Shown: positions 17,963-27,201, numbered from the stretch's first letter. The stretch: 64,000 nucleotides of DNA from an uncultured archaeon (GCA_964534045.1 CAZHNO010000001.1:224621-288620), one strand, 5' to 3'. Notes: a model not told the origin generated them from the sequence alone. Numbers and translations: made by a program.

Positions 17963-18739
17963 TTATTTTTTGCTTTTTGGTTCTAAATATAAATAACGTG
18001 GTTCGTTTGGAACACTGGGCATTAAATCAATCAAAATTAATTCACCAGTTTTTCTATTATACAAAACATTTCTTGTAGTAAAATCTCTTGCTCCAAAAAC
18101 TTCTCGCACAATTCTTTCAACTTTTAAAAATCTTTTATACACTGAACCACTTGTAGAAATTGTTTTGTTTTTTATTAATTTTTCTAAAATTATTCCTTCT
18201 TCAAACCTTGCAATAACCATTGAAGAATCTTTTCTATTCCAAGCATACTCATATTGCAACACCCTTGCATTAAATTTTCTTAAGTGCCCTTGTGCTTTAG
18301 CCATCAAATCATGTGTAATGAATTGTGATACTGCATCAGCAGGATAACCCAATACTTTAACATTTTTAACAAAAAACTTTTTCCCACCAATTATAGTTAT
18401 GAACAATGCATCATGATGTGCTGATTCATCTTTTGGATCAAAATATTTTAAATTAAAATATTTTCCATTAACACTTCCTCTTAATTTTGCTTGAGAAAAT
18501 AATTCAGAAATCCTTTTTGGAAAATCAGGGTGCTTTTTCAATAATTTTGCAAAAGAATCTGTTACTTGAACAGGCTTTATTGTTCCTGTGGGTGAGACAC
18601 GAACATTTTCTGCATAAAAGCCACGAGAAAATAAACTTGAAATAAAACCTTCTCTTTTCTTTTTCTCCAAACCAACAATTTTTGGATTTGCTTTTTTTTG
18701 TCTTTTCGTTTGTCTTTTAGGAAAATTTTTTGATTTCAT
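17963..18739 (-). CDS. atypical protein-kinase-like (RIO/Bud32-type) protein with basic N-terminal extension
   Basis: ARDFTTRNVLYN resembles the RIO/Bud32 catalytic loop HGDLTTSNMI, and GELILIDLMPS resembles the metal-binding IDFG segment. Basic N-terminus. Confidence 0.35.
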   Translation of the reverse strand: MKSKNFPKRQTKRQKKANPKIVGLEKKKREGFISSLFSRGFYAENVRVSPTGTIKPVQVTDSFAKLLKKHPDFPKRISELFSQAKLRGSVNGKYFNLKYFDPKDESAHHDALFITIIGGKKFFVKNVKVLGYPADAVSQFITHDLMAKAQGHLRKFNARVLQYEYAWNRKDSSMVIARFEEGIILEKLIKNKTISTSGSVYKRFLKVERIVREVFGARDFTTRNVLYNRKTGELILIDLMPSVPNEPRYLYLEPKSKK

Positions 18740-18818
18740 AAAATAATATGCTTCAAAGGAGAATAAAAAACATACTCAAAAACTAAGCTATAAATACCCC
18801 AAAACACTATTTCTAAGG

Positions 18819-20045
18819 ATGAAAAAAGTATTTTTTGTTGTGTTGTTAGTTTTATTATTGCTTTTACTTTTTGGTTGCTCTAGTCCAGAAGAAATAGCAA
18901 AACAAAATTCAACAATAAATAATTTTATTGAAGAAAATCCTGATGTTGAATTTAAGAGTATAAAAAAATTGTCTGAAGATGATTTTAGAGAAGAAAGAGA
19001 TTTTTGGGAGAGTAATTGTGATCAAAATATTTCTTTAGCAGATTATTACAAAATTATTTTTGAGGGGGCTGAAGTAAAATTAACTACTCTTTTTGAAACA
19101 AGTCAAATGAAATTAATTTGTGGAGTAATAGAAGGAAAGGCTGAAACAAAAGCAATAAATATCAACACAAATTCTAATACAAAAAACGATAATCCAAATG
19201 ACATGCCAGAACAAGCTGATGATGAAAATGCTTTGCCAAATAATGAAACTCATTTAACTGAAGAGCCAGAAGAATGTGAAGAAACTTGGATTTGCACTGG
19301 TTGGAGTGATTGTGTTGTTGGAAAACAAACAAGGAATTGTCAAAAAATAGTTGATTGTGGATATAATTCAGAAGAAGAAATTGAGCGAAGTTGTGATAGT
19401 GTATCAACTTGCACTGAAGATTGGAGTTGTACAGAATGGAGTTATTGCGAAGGCGCAAAATGCAATTCCTATGGCTGTGTCGGAGGAATCAAAACAAGAA
19501 CATGCTTAGATTTAGCAAATTGTGGAACAACTGAAAATAAGCCAGAAGAGTCCCAAAATTGTGAATGGGAAATAACTTGTGTAAGTAATGATAACACCTG
19601 TCATGAAGGATGCATATACCAAAATGATAATGATTGTGATTGTATTACTGATTCTGATTGCTTAACTAATGATTCAGATGCTGCGGCAATTTGTGACTCC
19701 GGATATTGCATTGATTCTAGTGTGCCCCAACCACTTCAAATTGGAGGAAACTTGGATGCATTCTGCACAGCATATATGAATAACTGCCAAGAATCCTCAA
19801 CGATTGATTTAATCGGAGGCACTAATGGTTTTGATAATTTGCAAGCACAGGTGTATGAACCAACTAATAATCCAGGGGAATGTAATATCAAAGTTCTTTG
19901 GGATAATGGAAACCAATACATTGTAAATTTTTGGGTTGATATCGGAGACTCTGTAGAGATTTGCAAACATAATGTTCCAATTTATTTTTATAATTCAGCA
20001 AATGAAATTTGCGGATCATTTCCTTGTTATGGGGAATTCCCTTAA
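18819..20045 (+). CDS. secreted Cys-rich (lipo)protein with repeated C-x-W-S-x-C modules
   Basis: Signal peptide with lipobox-like LLLLFGCSS. Repeated modules CTGWSDCVVGKQTRNCQKIVDCG / CTEWSYCEGAKCNSYGCVGGIKTRTCLDLANCG. 38 Cys overall. Confidence 0.5.
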   Translation: MKKVFFVVLLVLLLLLLFGCSSPEEIAKQNSTINNFIEENPDVEFKSIKKLSEDDFREERDFWESNCDQNISLADYYKIIFEGAEVKLTTLFETSQMKLICGVIEGKAETKAININTNSNTKNDNPNDMPEQADDENALPNNETHLTEEPEECEETWICTGWSDCVVGKQTRNCQKIVDCGYNSEEEIERSCDSVSTCTEDWSCTEWSYCEGAKCNSYGCVGGIKTRTCLDLANCGTTENKPEESQNCEWEITCVSNDNTCHEGCIYQNDNDCDCITDSDCLTNDSDAAAICDSGYCIDSSVPQPLQIGGNLDAFCTAYMNNCQESSTIDLIGGTNGFDNLQAQVYEPTNNPGECNIKVLWDNGNQYIVNFWVDIGDSVEICKHNVPIYFYNSANEICGSFPCYGEFP

Positions 20046-20108
20046 TTTCATAAAAACATTTAAATATAAAATAAGCATTAATAAATGAAGAAGTGTAAAA
20101 TTACACCG

Positions 20109-20133
20109 AACAGCTCTCAACACAGCTGTTTTT
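20109..20133 (+). terminator. hairpin plus T-tract, putative terminator of the 18819 gene
   Basis: AACAGCT-CTCAACAC-AGCTGTT followed by TTTTT. Confidence 0.35.
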
Positions 20134-20287
20134 AGAAAAATTCAATTAGAAATTGTTTGAGTAGGACTTGAACAAAATTGTTTGGATTTCAAAGTAATTG
20201 ACAAGTAGTGGTTTGTTTTCAATAAGAACAAGCAATATTAGTCAACTTGCACTTAAGTAAGATGCCTTTACAGGAATTAAGAGAGGG

Positions 20288-20653
20288 ATGATGATGAGTT
20301 TAATAACAATGACATTTAGTGGTTCGGATTCTGTTGCACAAGTTGCTGCAAAAGGAAGAATTAAAGTACTAAAATCTGATTGCTTTTTCGGAACCGAAGG
20401 AACTTGTGTAATTGGAAAGCTAATTGAAGGAGCTGTTGCAAAAGAAATGTTTGTTCCAGGGACTGAGAAAAAAATAATTAGCGTTGAAAGTAATTATGGA
20501 GAAAATTGTTGCAATCACAGAGGAGCACAAGTTGTTCTAATGGTTTCTGAATCAACAAAAGAAGAATTCTCAGTAGGACAAGAGATTAGTTTTGAAAAAA
20601 TACAAGCACTACAAGAACAAGCAAAACCAAAAGGGAAACTAATAATTGCTTAA
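20288..20653 (+). CDS. hypothetical protein (121 aa)
   Basis: ATG ORF with GAGAGGG RBS-like sequence upstream; possible small beta-barrel. No firm family. Confidence 0.35.
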   Translation: MMMSLITMTFSGSDSVAQVAAKGRIKVLKSDCFFGTEGTCVIGKLIEGAVAKEMFVPGTEKKIISVESNYGENCCNHRGAQVVLMVSESTKEEFSVGQEISFEKIQALQEQAKPKGKLIIA

Positions 20654-20697
20654 AAATTTTACAAAACAATTAAATTGTCTAAAGTATATTATCTTTT

Positions 20698-21249
20698 ATG
20701 CTTTTTGAAAATATTTTTGTGTCTAAGGAAAGAAATTTTTTTGTTTTCCAAAACAAAAATTTAAATGAATTTTTTGAAATAACTTTGTATGCAACAATAT
20801 TATTTGCTTTGCCTTTATTTCACACTAATCAACTAATTGTTGGAACCATTGTAAATGCTTTGCTAATAAAAAGTGCTTTAAATCATTCAATGAAAAAAAT
20901 GTTTTTTTTAGCATTTGTTCCTTCATTAGGAGTTATTGCGACTGGATTTTTATTTGCGGAGCTAACACAATTTGTTTTGCTAATGGTGCCCTTTATTTGG
21001 GCAAGTAATTTGCTAATTATTTTTGGAGTAAAAAAGTTATTTTTGGAAAATAAAAAGAATTATTTTGTTTCAGGAATTATTGCTTCTTTAGCAAAAGTTT
21101 TATTACTAAGCACAAGCGTTTTTGCTTTATTCACATTATCAATTGTGCCTTTTTCTTTAATTGCAATATTTAGTATTAACCAATTAATTACTGCTGAAAG
21201 TGGATTAATAATTGCTGGAATTTCTAAAATACAAAGGAATAAAAAATAG
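20698..21249 (+). CDS. polytopic membrane protein (possible ECF-transporter S-component-like)
   Basis: About 5 predicted TM helices in 183 aa; no catalytic motif. Confidence 0.35.
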   Translation: MLFENIFVSKERNFFVFQNKNLNEFFEITLYATILFALPLFHTNQLIVGTIVNALLIKSALNHSMKKMFFLAFVPSLGVIATGFLFAELTQFVLLMVPFIWASNLLIIFGVKKLFLENKKNYFVSGIIASLAKVLLLSTSVFALFTLSIVPFSLIAIFSINQLITAESGLIIAGISKIQRNKK

Positions 21250-21266
21250 CGTTGTGTGAATTAATT

Positions 21267-21992
21267 ATGCTTATTGAATTATTTTTAACATTATTAATTA
21301 TTTCACTAGCTTCGCTTGTTGGGGCAATAACAATTTCCATAAAAAAAATTGATAATTATCTAAATTTACTGGTTTCATTATCTATAGGAGCATTGCTTGG
21401 CGGAGCATTTATTCATTTAATTCCTGAATTGGCTGAAGAGGGTATTATTGCTGAAATGTCAATTTTTATTTTAACTGGAATAATTTTATTCTTCATTTTA
21501 GAAAAATTTGTTTTCTGGCACCACTGCCATCATTCAGAACACCAACACCTATGCTTTTCCTATATGAATTTAGTGGGGGATACTTTTCATAATTTTTTAG
21601 ATGGTATTTTGTTAGCTGGGGCCTTTTTGTTAAGTGCAGAACTGGGTTTTGTTGCAGCAATAGCCATATTTTTACATGAAATACCCCAAGAAATTGGTGA
21701 TTTTGGAGTATTACTAAAAGGTGGCTTTTCAAAAAAGAAAGCATTGCTGGCAAATTTTTTAATTTCTTTAACAGCTTTTGCAGGAGCAATATTTACTCTA
21801 GTGTTTAATTCATTCGTTGAAGGAGCTATTCCAATATTAGTTGCAATTACTGCTGGTGGTTTTATTTATATTGCAGGAACTGATTTGATTCCTGAATTGC
21901 ATAAAAATCCAAAATTGAAAGAATCTATTTTACAATTAGTTTTCATTTTAATTGGAATTGCATTAATGTTCGCAATAACCTTTTTGGAATAA
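21267..21992 (+). CDS. zupT: ZIP-family divalent metal (zinc) transporter
   Basis: HHCHHSEHQH His-rich loop, FHNFLDGILLAGAF and LHEIPQEIGDFGVLL ZIP signature motifs. The track ORF begins with TTG; I trimmed to the in-frame ATG (MLIELF..). Confidence 0.7.
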   Translation: MLIELFLTLLIISLASLVGAITISIKKIDNYLNLLVSLSIGALLGGAFIHLIPELAEEGIIAEMSIFILTGIILFFILEKFVFWHHCHHSEHQHLCFSYMNLVGDTFHNFLDGILLAGAFLLSAELGFVAAIAIFLHEIPQEIGDFGVLLKGGFSKKKALLANFLISLTAFAGAIFTLVFNSFVEGAIPILVAITAGGFIYIAGTDLIPELHKNPKLKESILQLVFILIGIALMFAITFLE

Positions 21993-22018
21993 ACTTTTTT
22001 GAATTAATCTAATGAAAA

Positions 22019-22612
22019 TTATTTTTTATTTTCATAATCACTAATTCTTTTGTGTAAATCTTTCAAAAATTCTTTGTTAGGTTTCACATGGGAATTCCTA
22101 AGAGCTTTCCCAAGCAAAGAATTTTTCCCACCATAATTATGCCCTGGCCACATTTTTATTTTTGAATCAAGAGTTTCTAATAAATTTAAAGATTCTTCTA
22201 GCTTTTCTTCATTACCACCATAATTAGTTGTGCCAACTCCTTTCACAAATAAAGTATCACCAGTAAACAAATTATTTTCAATTAAAAAGCAAACAGAATC
22301 TGAGGTGTGTCCAGGGGTAAAAATTACTTTAACCAATAATGAACCAACCATGAATCCTCGCTCTTTTAAGAAATCTTCATATTGCAAAAAAGGAATTCCT
22401 TTTGATTTGAAATAAGGAACAAATTCTGTATGATCTGGATGTCTGTGAGTAATTAGTTGTAATGTTACTTTCAAATTGTTTTTTTGAATTTCTTCTTCAA
22501 TAGCTTCTTTGTTTCCAGTAGCATCAATTAATATTGCTTCATTATTTTCTCCAACAACTAAATAAGAAAAATTATTATCAAAACCGCCAACATCAATTTG
22601 AATTACCTTCAT
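22019..22612 (-). CDS. metallo-beta-lactamase-fold hydrolase (glyoxalase II-like)
   Basis: THRHPDHT (HxHxDH) zinc motif and downstream H/D ligands. I trimmed the start to MKVIQIDVGG. Confidence 0.7.
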   Translation of the reverse strand: MKVIQIDVGGFDNNFSYLVVGENNEAILIDATGNKEAIEEEIQKNNLKVTLQLITHRHPDHTEFVPYFKSKGIPFLQYEDFLKERGFMVGSLLVKVIFTPGHTSDSVCFLIENNLFTGDTLFVKGVGTTNYGGNEEKLEESLNLLETLDSKIKMWPGHNYGGKNSLLGKALRNSHVKPNKEFLKDLHKRISDYENKK

Positions 22613-22721
22613 AACAAAAAATAACTTGCAAATATTCAAATACTTTTGTAAAAAAATAATTAATTTATACATAACTCAAACAAAAGCTTTAAATAGAGTT
22701 ATGAATAATAATTCATTACTA

Positions 22722-22743
22722 ATATTGAATTATAATTCAATAT
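22722..22743. promoter_or_regulatory. perfect 10-2-10 palindrome ATATTGAATT-AT-AATTCAATAT, candidate operator upstream of the DUF5320/DUF134 genes
   Basis: Read directly; lies ~60 nt upstream of the ATG at 22802. Confidence 0.3.
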
Positions 22744-22801
22744 AAGGGTTACTGAAAGTGCCCAAAAGTGTGAACCAATTTTGCGGTTCGGGAGAAATAT
22801 T

Positions 22802-22876
22802 ATGCCAAGAGGAGATAAAACAGGACCAGAAGGAAAAGGTCCAATGACAGGAAGAAAAAAAGGAAAGTGTAAGTAA
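22802..22876 (+). CDS. DUF5320-like mini-ORF (24 aa, MPRGDKTGPEGKGPMTGRKKGKCK), truncated tandem duplicate of the next gene's N-terminus
   Basis: ATG with GGGAGA RBS. The sequence parallels MPGRDGTGPQGKGPMTGRKLGPC of the downstream ORF. Confidence 0.3.
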   Translation: MPRGDKTGPEGKGPMTGRKKGKCK

Positions 22877-22917
22877 ATTAAGCTTACAAGAAATTAATTA
22901 AAAAGGAGGCGAAAATT

Positions 22918-23109
22918 ATGCCAGGAAGAGATGGAACAGGACCACAAGGAAAAGGTCCAATGACAGGAAGAAAACTAGGCCCTTGTAATAAAGAAGGCAA
23001 AGCAGAACCAATATATGGAAGAGGCTTTGGCTGTGGACGAGGCTTCGGAAGAGGTTTTGGAAGAGGACAAGGATTTAGACAAGTAGGAAATACAGAAAGC
23101 AAAGAATAA
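22918..23109 (+). CDS. DUF5320-family small protein (MPRGDGTGP...GRGFG repeats)
   Basis: Strong GGAGG RBS. N-terminal MPGRDGTGPQGKGPMTGR and C-terminal GRGFGCGRGFGRGFGRGQGF are typical of DUF5320 proteins that pair with DUF134. Confidence 0.5.
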   Translation: MPGRDGTGPQGKGPMTGRKLGPCNKEGKAEPIYGRGFGCGRGFGRGFGRGQGFRQVGNTESKE

Positions 23110-23133
23110 ATAAAATAAAAGCGTGATTATGAA

Positions 23134-23433
23134 ATGCCCAGACCAAGAATGATGCGAAGAATTGCTTTTGAACCAGGAATAACTTACTTCAAGCCACAAG
23201 GAATACCCTTACGTGAACTTGAAGAAGTTGTTCTTTCTTTTGAAGAACTTGAAGCACTAAGATTACAAAATATTGAAGAATTAGGGCAAGAAGAAGCTGC
23301 AAAAAAAATGAATGTAAGCCAACCAACCTATTTTCGTGTGCTGAAAGATGCAAGAAAAAAAATTACTGACGCCTTAGTAAATGGAAAAGCAATTAGAATA
23401 GAAAAAAGTAATTATTCAAAAATGAAGAAATGA
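23134..23433 (+). CDS. DUF134 (UPF0251) family predicted DNA-binding protein
   Basis: MPRPR..RIAFEPGITYFKPQGIPLRELEEVVLSFEELEALRLQNIEELGQEEAAKKMNVSQPTYFRVLKDARKKITDALVNGKAIRIE is a near-textbook DUF134 sequence. It lacks the usual N-terminal CxxC. Confidence 0.6.
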   Translation: MPRPRMMRRIAFEPGITYFKPQGIPLRELEEVVLSFEELEALRLQNIEELGQEEAAKKMNVSQPTYFRVLKDARKKITDALVNGKAIRIEKSNYSKMKK

Positions 23434-23485
23434 TTTTTTATTCATAAAAAAGGTTTAATAAGTTAATTTACATTGAGTTGATAGA

Positions 23486-24595
23486 ATGAAGAAAATAATT
23501 TTCGCACTATTTTTGCTTTTATTAGTTGGTTTTGTTAGTGCCCTAACAATAGACGAAATTAATTTACAAAGTGGAGACAAAACATCTGTTGTTTTTTTTA
23601 AAACAGAAACTTGTCCAAATTGTGCAGCAGTTGATGCTTGGTTGCAAGGAATAGAGCCAGAATATGATAATGTAATTGTTTATAGATTGTATCCAAATGA
23701 AGAAACTGAATTGTTAATGAAATTATATGATATTTACAATGTTCCCCTTAATGAAAGAAATTATGTTCCAATAATTTTTCTTGCAGACAAATATTACTTG
23801 GGAAGGGATCAAGCAATTAATAATTTAGAAAATGATTTCAAAAGTTTTACTGAAAAAAAAGAATTACTAACAAGCACAAATAATGGAAATGAAGAAAACG
23901 AGATAAATATTTTTTATGTTTTGTCATTAGCATTAGTTGATGCTGTAAATCCTTGTGAATTAGCTGTGCTAATAATTTTGATGACAGCAATCTTAACAAG
24001 ATTCCCTGAAAAAAAAGGAAAAGCTTTGAAAGCTGGTTTGCTTTTTACTTTAGCAATTTTCATAATGTATTTTATTTTTGGGTTATTTTTAGTTGAATTA
24101 TTTTCTTTTGTGTCAAACACATTTGGTTATGCATTCATGATAATTATTGCAATTTTAGCAATAATTTTAGGATTACTAAATATTAAAGATTATTTTAATT
24201 ATGGTGGCGGAGGGTTCATAATGGAAGTTCCACAAAAATGGCGTCCAAGAATGAAAGCAATAATTAATGGAACTACTTCACCAAAAGGAGCTTTTATTGT
24301 TGGTTTAATTGTTTCATTTTTCTTAACCCCTTGCACTGCTGGACCATATTTTATTTTCAGTGGGATAATGTCACAAATTGGTTTGTTAAATGCACTTCCT
24401 TATTTGTTAATTTACATGATAATTTTTATTTCACCAATGCTAGCAATAACTTTCATAACTTACTTTGGTTTTGCTCAAGTGCATGACATGGAAGAATGGA
24501 GAGGAAGAAACTTAAAAAAATTACATTTGATTGCTGGAATAATAATGCTTGCAATTGGTGCTTGGTTAATACTCACAACATTTGGAATAATTTAG
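23486..24595 (+). CDS. thioredoxin-like domain fused to a DsbD/CcdA-type transmembrane thiol-disulfide transporter domain
   Basis: Signal peptide, then CPNC redox motif in a Trx-like domain, then a polytopic domain with conserved NPCE and TPCTAGP cysteines (DsbD_2/CcdA pattern). Confidence 0.55.
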   Translation: MKKIIFALFLLLLVGFVSALTIDEINLQSGDKTSVVFFKTETCPNCAAVDAWLQGIEPEYDNVIVYRLYPNEETELLMKLYDIYNVPLNERNYVPIIFLADKYYLGRDQAINNLENDFKSFTEKKELLTSTNNGNEENEINIFYVLSLALVDAVNPCELAVLIILMTAILTRFPEKKGKALKAGLLFTLAIFIMYFIFGLFLVELFSFVSNTFGYAFMIIIAILAIILGLLNIKDYFNYGGGGFIMEVPQKWRPRMKAIINGTTSPKGAFIVGLIVSFFLTPCTAGPYFIFSGIMSQIGLLNALPYLLIYMIIFISPMLAITFITYFGFAQVHDMEEWRGRNLKKLHLIAGIIMLAIGAWLILTTFGII

Positions 24596-24797
24596 ATGGG
24601 CTTTTTCATAAGCAATTTAATTGGAATAGATTTTGCAAAATAAGTGAGCTTTTTAAAACTTCTTAGTTAAATTTTCTTTAATAACATTTGATACATGGGA
24701 AAAGCTTTATCAAACAAAGATAAAATAATACCAAATTGTTCCGAATGAAATGAAGAAGACACCAAAGGTGTCCGATTCAATGCAACGGAATGCCGTT

Positions 24798-24950
24798 GCC
24801 CTGATAGTCTAGTGGTTAGGATGCACCCCTGTCAACTCGCGCAAGCGAGGTAGGAAATCCAAAGTTTTCTTTGGGCTACCCTACACCTTTCTTTTCCTAA
24901 AAGAAAGGGGCGGTTCGGGTGCGACTCGGGTTCGAGCCCCGGTCAGGGCG
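24798..24950 (+). tRNA. tRNA-Asp (anticodon GTC) with an ~81-nt intron at 37/38 (approx. 24835..24915)
   Basis: Acceptor GCCCTGA/TCAGGGC, D-arm GTCT-AGTGGTTA-GGAT, anticodon stem CACCC/GGGTG flanking CTGTCA|intron|C, T-arm TCGGG-TTCGAGC-CCCGG, discriminator G. The intron folds into several hairpins including a CTCGC-GCAA-GCGAG tetraloop hairpin. Confidence 0.6.
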
Positions 24951-25002
24951 TGAATTAGTCAATTTATCAACATTTAATAACTTTCAAAACACAATCTTAT
25001 TT

Positions 25003-25725
25003 ATGCCTAAGAAAAAAGATATTTTTCGAAACAAAAGGTCAAGAGCAAAATTCGTTGCAAAAAAGATTGGAAATCTTGGTTTTTATGAAGCAATTACTAT
25101 TGCTTCTACAAGAGTTTATTTTAGAAAAAAATTATCTCCAATAAGTAAGTGGAAATTAGTTGGAAATAATGCTGGCGCAACTTTTTTTGAATTACCTAAT
25201 GGAAAAAAAATTGTTGTAAAACCAGATAATTGGAAGCCTTATCCTTTTAGTAAATTTGGTGTGAAAAATGGACAAAGAAGTTTAATTATTGTCCTTGAAA
25301 AAGTTTTAAGAAAAAAAATTAGGTTTGAAGTCCCATTAGGAAGAATAAAAACTGGTGACGGAAATTTTTATTTTGTTAGTCAAGCTGTAAAAGGAATGCA
25401 ATTAAACAAATGGTTAGCCAATGCAAACACAATTGACGCAATCAAAGTTGCACGAAATATGGGCGAATACTTAGCTGACATGCACAATAAAGGTGTTGTT
25501 CATTTAGAGGCAAGTGCTCCAAATTGGATTATTGATGGCTTGAAGCCCACACTAGTTGATGCAAAATATTTGGCTTTCAAAGAAGAGTATGATTGGCGTG
25601 GACAAAGCGGAAAAAAATATGCTTGGGAAGACGAATTAGTTAAAAATGTTAGAAGTAGTGCTATTTGGTTACCAAAAACAACTCAACAAATATTTTTGAA
25701 TGCGTATAATGAAAAGCGAAAATAA
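25003..25725 (+). CDS. atypical protein-kinase-like (RIO/Bud32-type) protein
   Basis: MHNKGVVHLEASAPNWIIDG..LVDAKYL resembles the catalytic loop and DFG region. The track ORF N-terminus overlaps the tRNA-Asp 3' exon, so I trimmed to MPKKKDIF. Confidence 0.35.
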   Translation: MPKKKDIFRNKRSRAKFVAKKIGNLGFYEAITIASTRVYFRKKLSPISKWKLVGNNAGATFFELPNGKKIVVKPDNWKPYPFSKFGVKNGQRSLIIVLEKVLRKKIRFEVPLGRIKTGDGNFYFVSQAVKGMQLNKWLANANTIDAIKVARNMGEYLADMHNKGVVHLEASAPNWIIDGLKPTLVDAKYLAFKEEYDWRGQSGKKYAWEDELVKNVRSSAIWLPKTTQQIFLNAYNEKRK

Positions 25726-26025
25726 AAATGCAAAATAAATAAGTTTTCAAAATAAACAAATTTTATTAGAATAACAAATGTTTAAATATTAGTTTTTCTA
25801 ATTTCTTTTGATGGATATCATAATGACTTCAGAATTAGCACTTGCTTTATTGCTAACTCTGGTCTATGCTGCGCTATTAGTTTTGGCTTTTATTTATTTT
25901 AGACAGGATCCAAAAAAGAAAAAAGAAATAAAAAAATAATTCCAAAAAAATACTTTTTTGAAAATGAATTTATTATTTAAATAAGAAAGTTAGTGTTAAA
26001 TAAAAAAATATTTATTAGAAAGTAA

Positions 26026-26259
26026 TTATTTTGATTCATTAATTATTTTTTTTCTTATTTGTTCTGATTGGATTGAACGCATTTGTCTTGCTAATGCTGA
26101 CAAATCTGATTCTACTTTTCTAATATCTGCTAGAATTTGTCTTTCATAAGCAGGATCTGTTAAGTTGAGTTTCTTTCTTCTTTCATAATTCTTTTTCAAG
26201 TTGTCAAGTATTCTTGATTGTCTTTCATAATCTAATTTTAACTCGTCAATTGAAACCAT
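26026..26259 (-). CDS. coiled-coil hypothetical protein (78 aa)
   Basis: Heptad-rich sequence. The track ORF starts at a TTG that would overlap the divergent gene, so I trimmed to the internal ATG (MVSIDELKLDY..). Confidence 0.3.
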   Translation of the reverse strand: MVSIDELKLDYERQSRILDNLKKNYERRKKLNLTDPAYERQILADIRKVESDLSALARQMRSIQSEQIRKKIINESK

Positions 26260-26310
26260 ACCTATTCTTTGAAAACAATCATTTAAAAAAAGAATTTTTG
26301 AAAGCTCTCT

Positions 26311-27198
26311 ATGAAGAAAACCTATTTTCCGCAAGAATTTATTGACAAATACTCTGCTTTTTTAGGAAATGAATGGCAAGATTTTTTTGAAACAATAAAG
26401 AAAAAACAACCCAAAAGTGCTTGGATAAACACCAACAAATGTCAAATTGATGAAATTTACAAAAAAATTGAAGAAAAAGACATTGTTTTTGGGAAATACT
26501 CTTTTTCTAAGCAAGCTTTTGAAATAGAAATGGAAAAACCTTCAGAATTAGAAGAATTTACCCAAGGGGAGATTGCATTACAAGAGAAGGCAGCAATGCT
26601 ACCTGCCATTGCTTTAGGTGTTGGAAAAGAGGATGCTGTGCTAGATGCTTGTGCCGCACCAGGAATGAAAACTATTCAATTAAGTAATTTTGCCAAAAAA
26701 GTTATTGCATGCGATGTTAATAGCACAAGAATAACTGCATTGCTACATAACAAAGCTAAATATAATTTAGATAATGTTGAGGTTAGAAGAGTTGATGTGA
26801 GAAATATAAAAGAAAAATTTGACAAAATTTTATTAGATGCTCCTTGTTCAAGTGAAGGATTAGTGCGAAAGAAAAGAGATGCTCTTAAAGGATGGTCACA
26901 AGCCCTTGTTGAAAGGAAATCAAAAGCACAAAAAGAATTAATTTTACATTGTTTTGATTTGTTAAAGGAAGGCGGAGAAATGATTTATGCCACTTGCTCT
27001 TTTGCAAAAGAAGAAAATGAAGATGTTGTAAATTTTTTATTGAAAAAAAGAAACGCCAAAATAATGAATGTTAATTTAGAAGGAATCAAAATCCGACCAA
27101 ACAAATTTAGTAAAAATTGTGTTAGACTTTATCCACAAGATAATAACACACAACAATTCTTTTTTGCGAAGATTAAAAAACTGCGGGAGCTTAACTAG
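26311..27198 (+). CDS. NOL1/NOP2/Sun-family RNA cytosine-C5 methyltransferase
   Basis: SAM motif DACAAPGMKT, catalytic LLDAPCSSEG and IYATCS motifs. Confidence 0.7.
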   Translation: MKKTYFPQEFIDKYSAFLGNEWQDFFETIKKKQPKSAWINTNKCQIDEIYKKIEEKDIVFGKYSFSKQAFEIEMEKPSELEEFTQGEIALQEKAAMLPAIALGVGKEDAVLDACAAPGMKTIQLSNFAKKVIACDVNSTRITALLHNKAKYNLDNVEVRRVDVRNIKEKFDKILLDAPCSSEGLVRKKRDALKGWSQALVERKSKAQKELILHCFDLLKEGGEMIYATCSFAKEENEDVVNFLLKKRNAKIMNVNLEGIKIRPNKFSKNCVRLYPQDNNTQQFFFAKIKKLRELN

Positions 27199-27201
27199 AG
27201 T

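Noticed and set aside
20100-20280. Possible ncRNA in the 240-nt gap before the 20288 gene
   Set aside because: Only a terminator-like hairpin was convincing. There were no conserved RNA-family features.
24919-25002. Five-prime extension of the kinase-like ORF (MRLGFEPRSGRE..)
   Set aside because: It overlaps the 3' exon and T-arm of tRNA-Asp, so I trimmed the start to the first Met after the tRNA.
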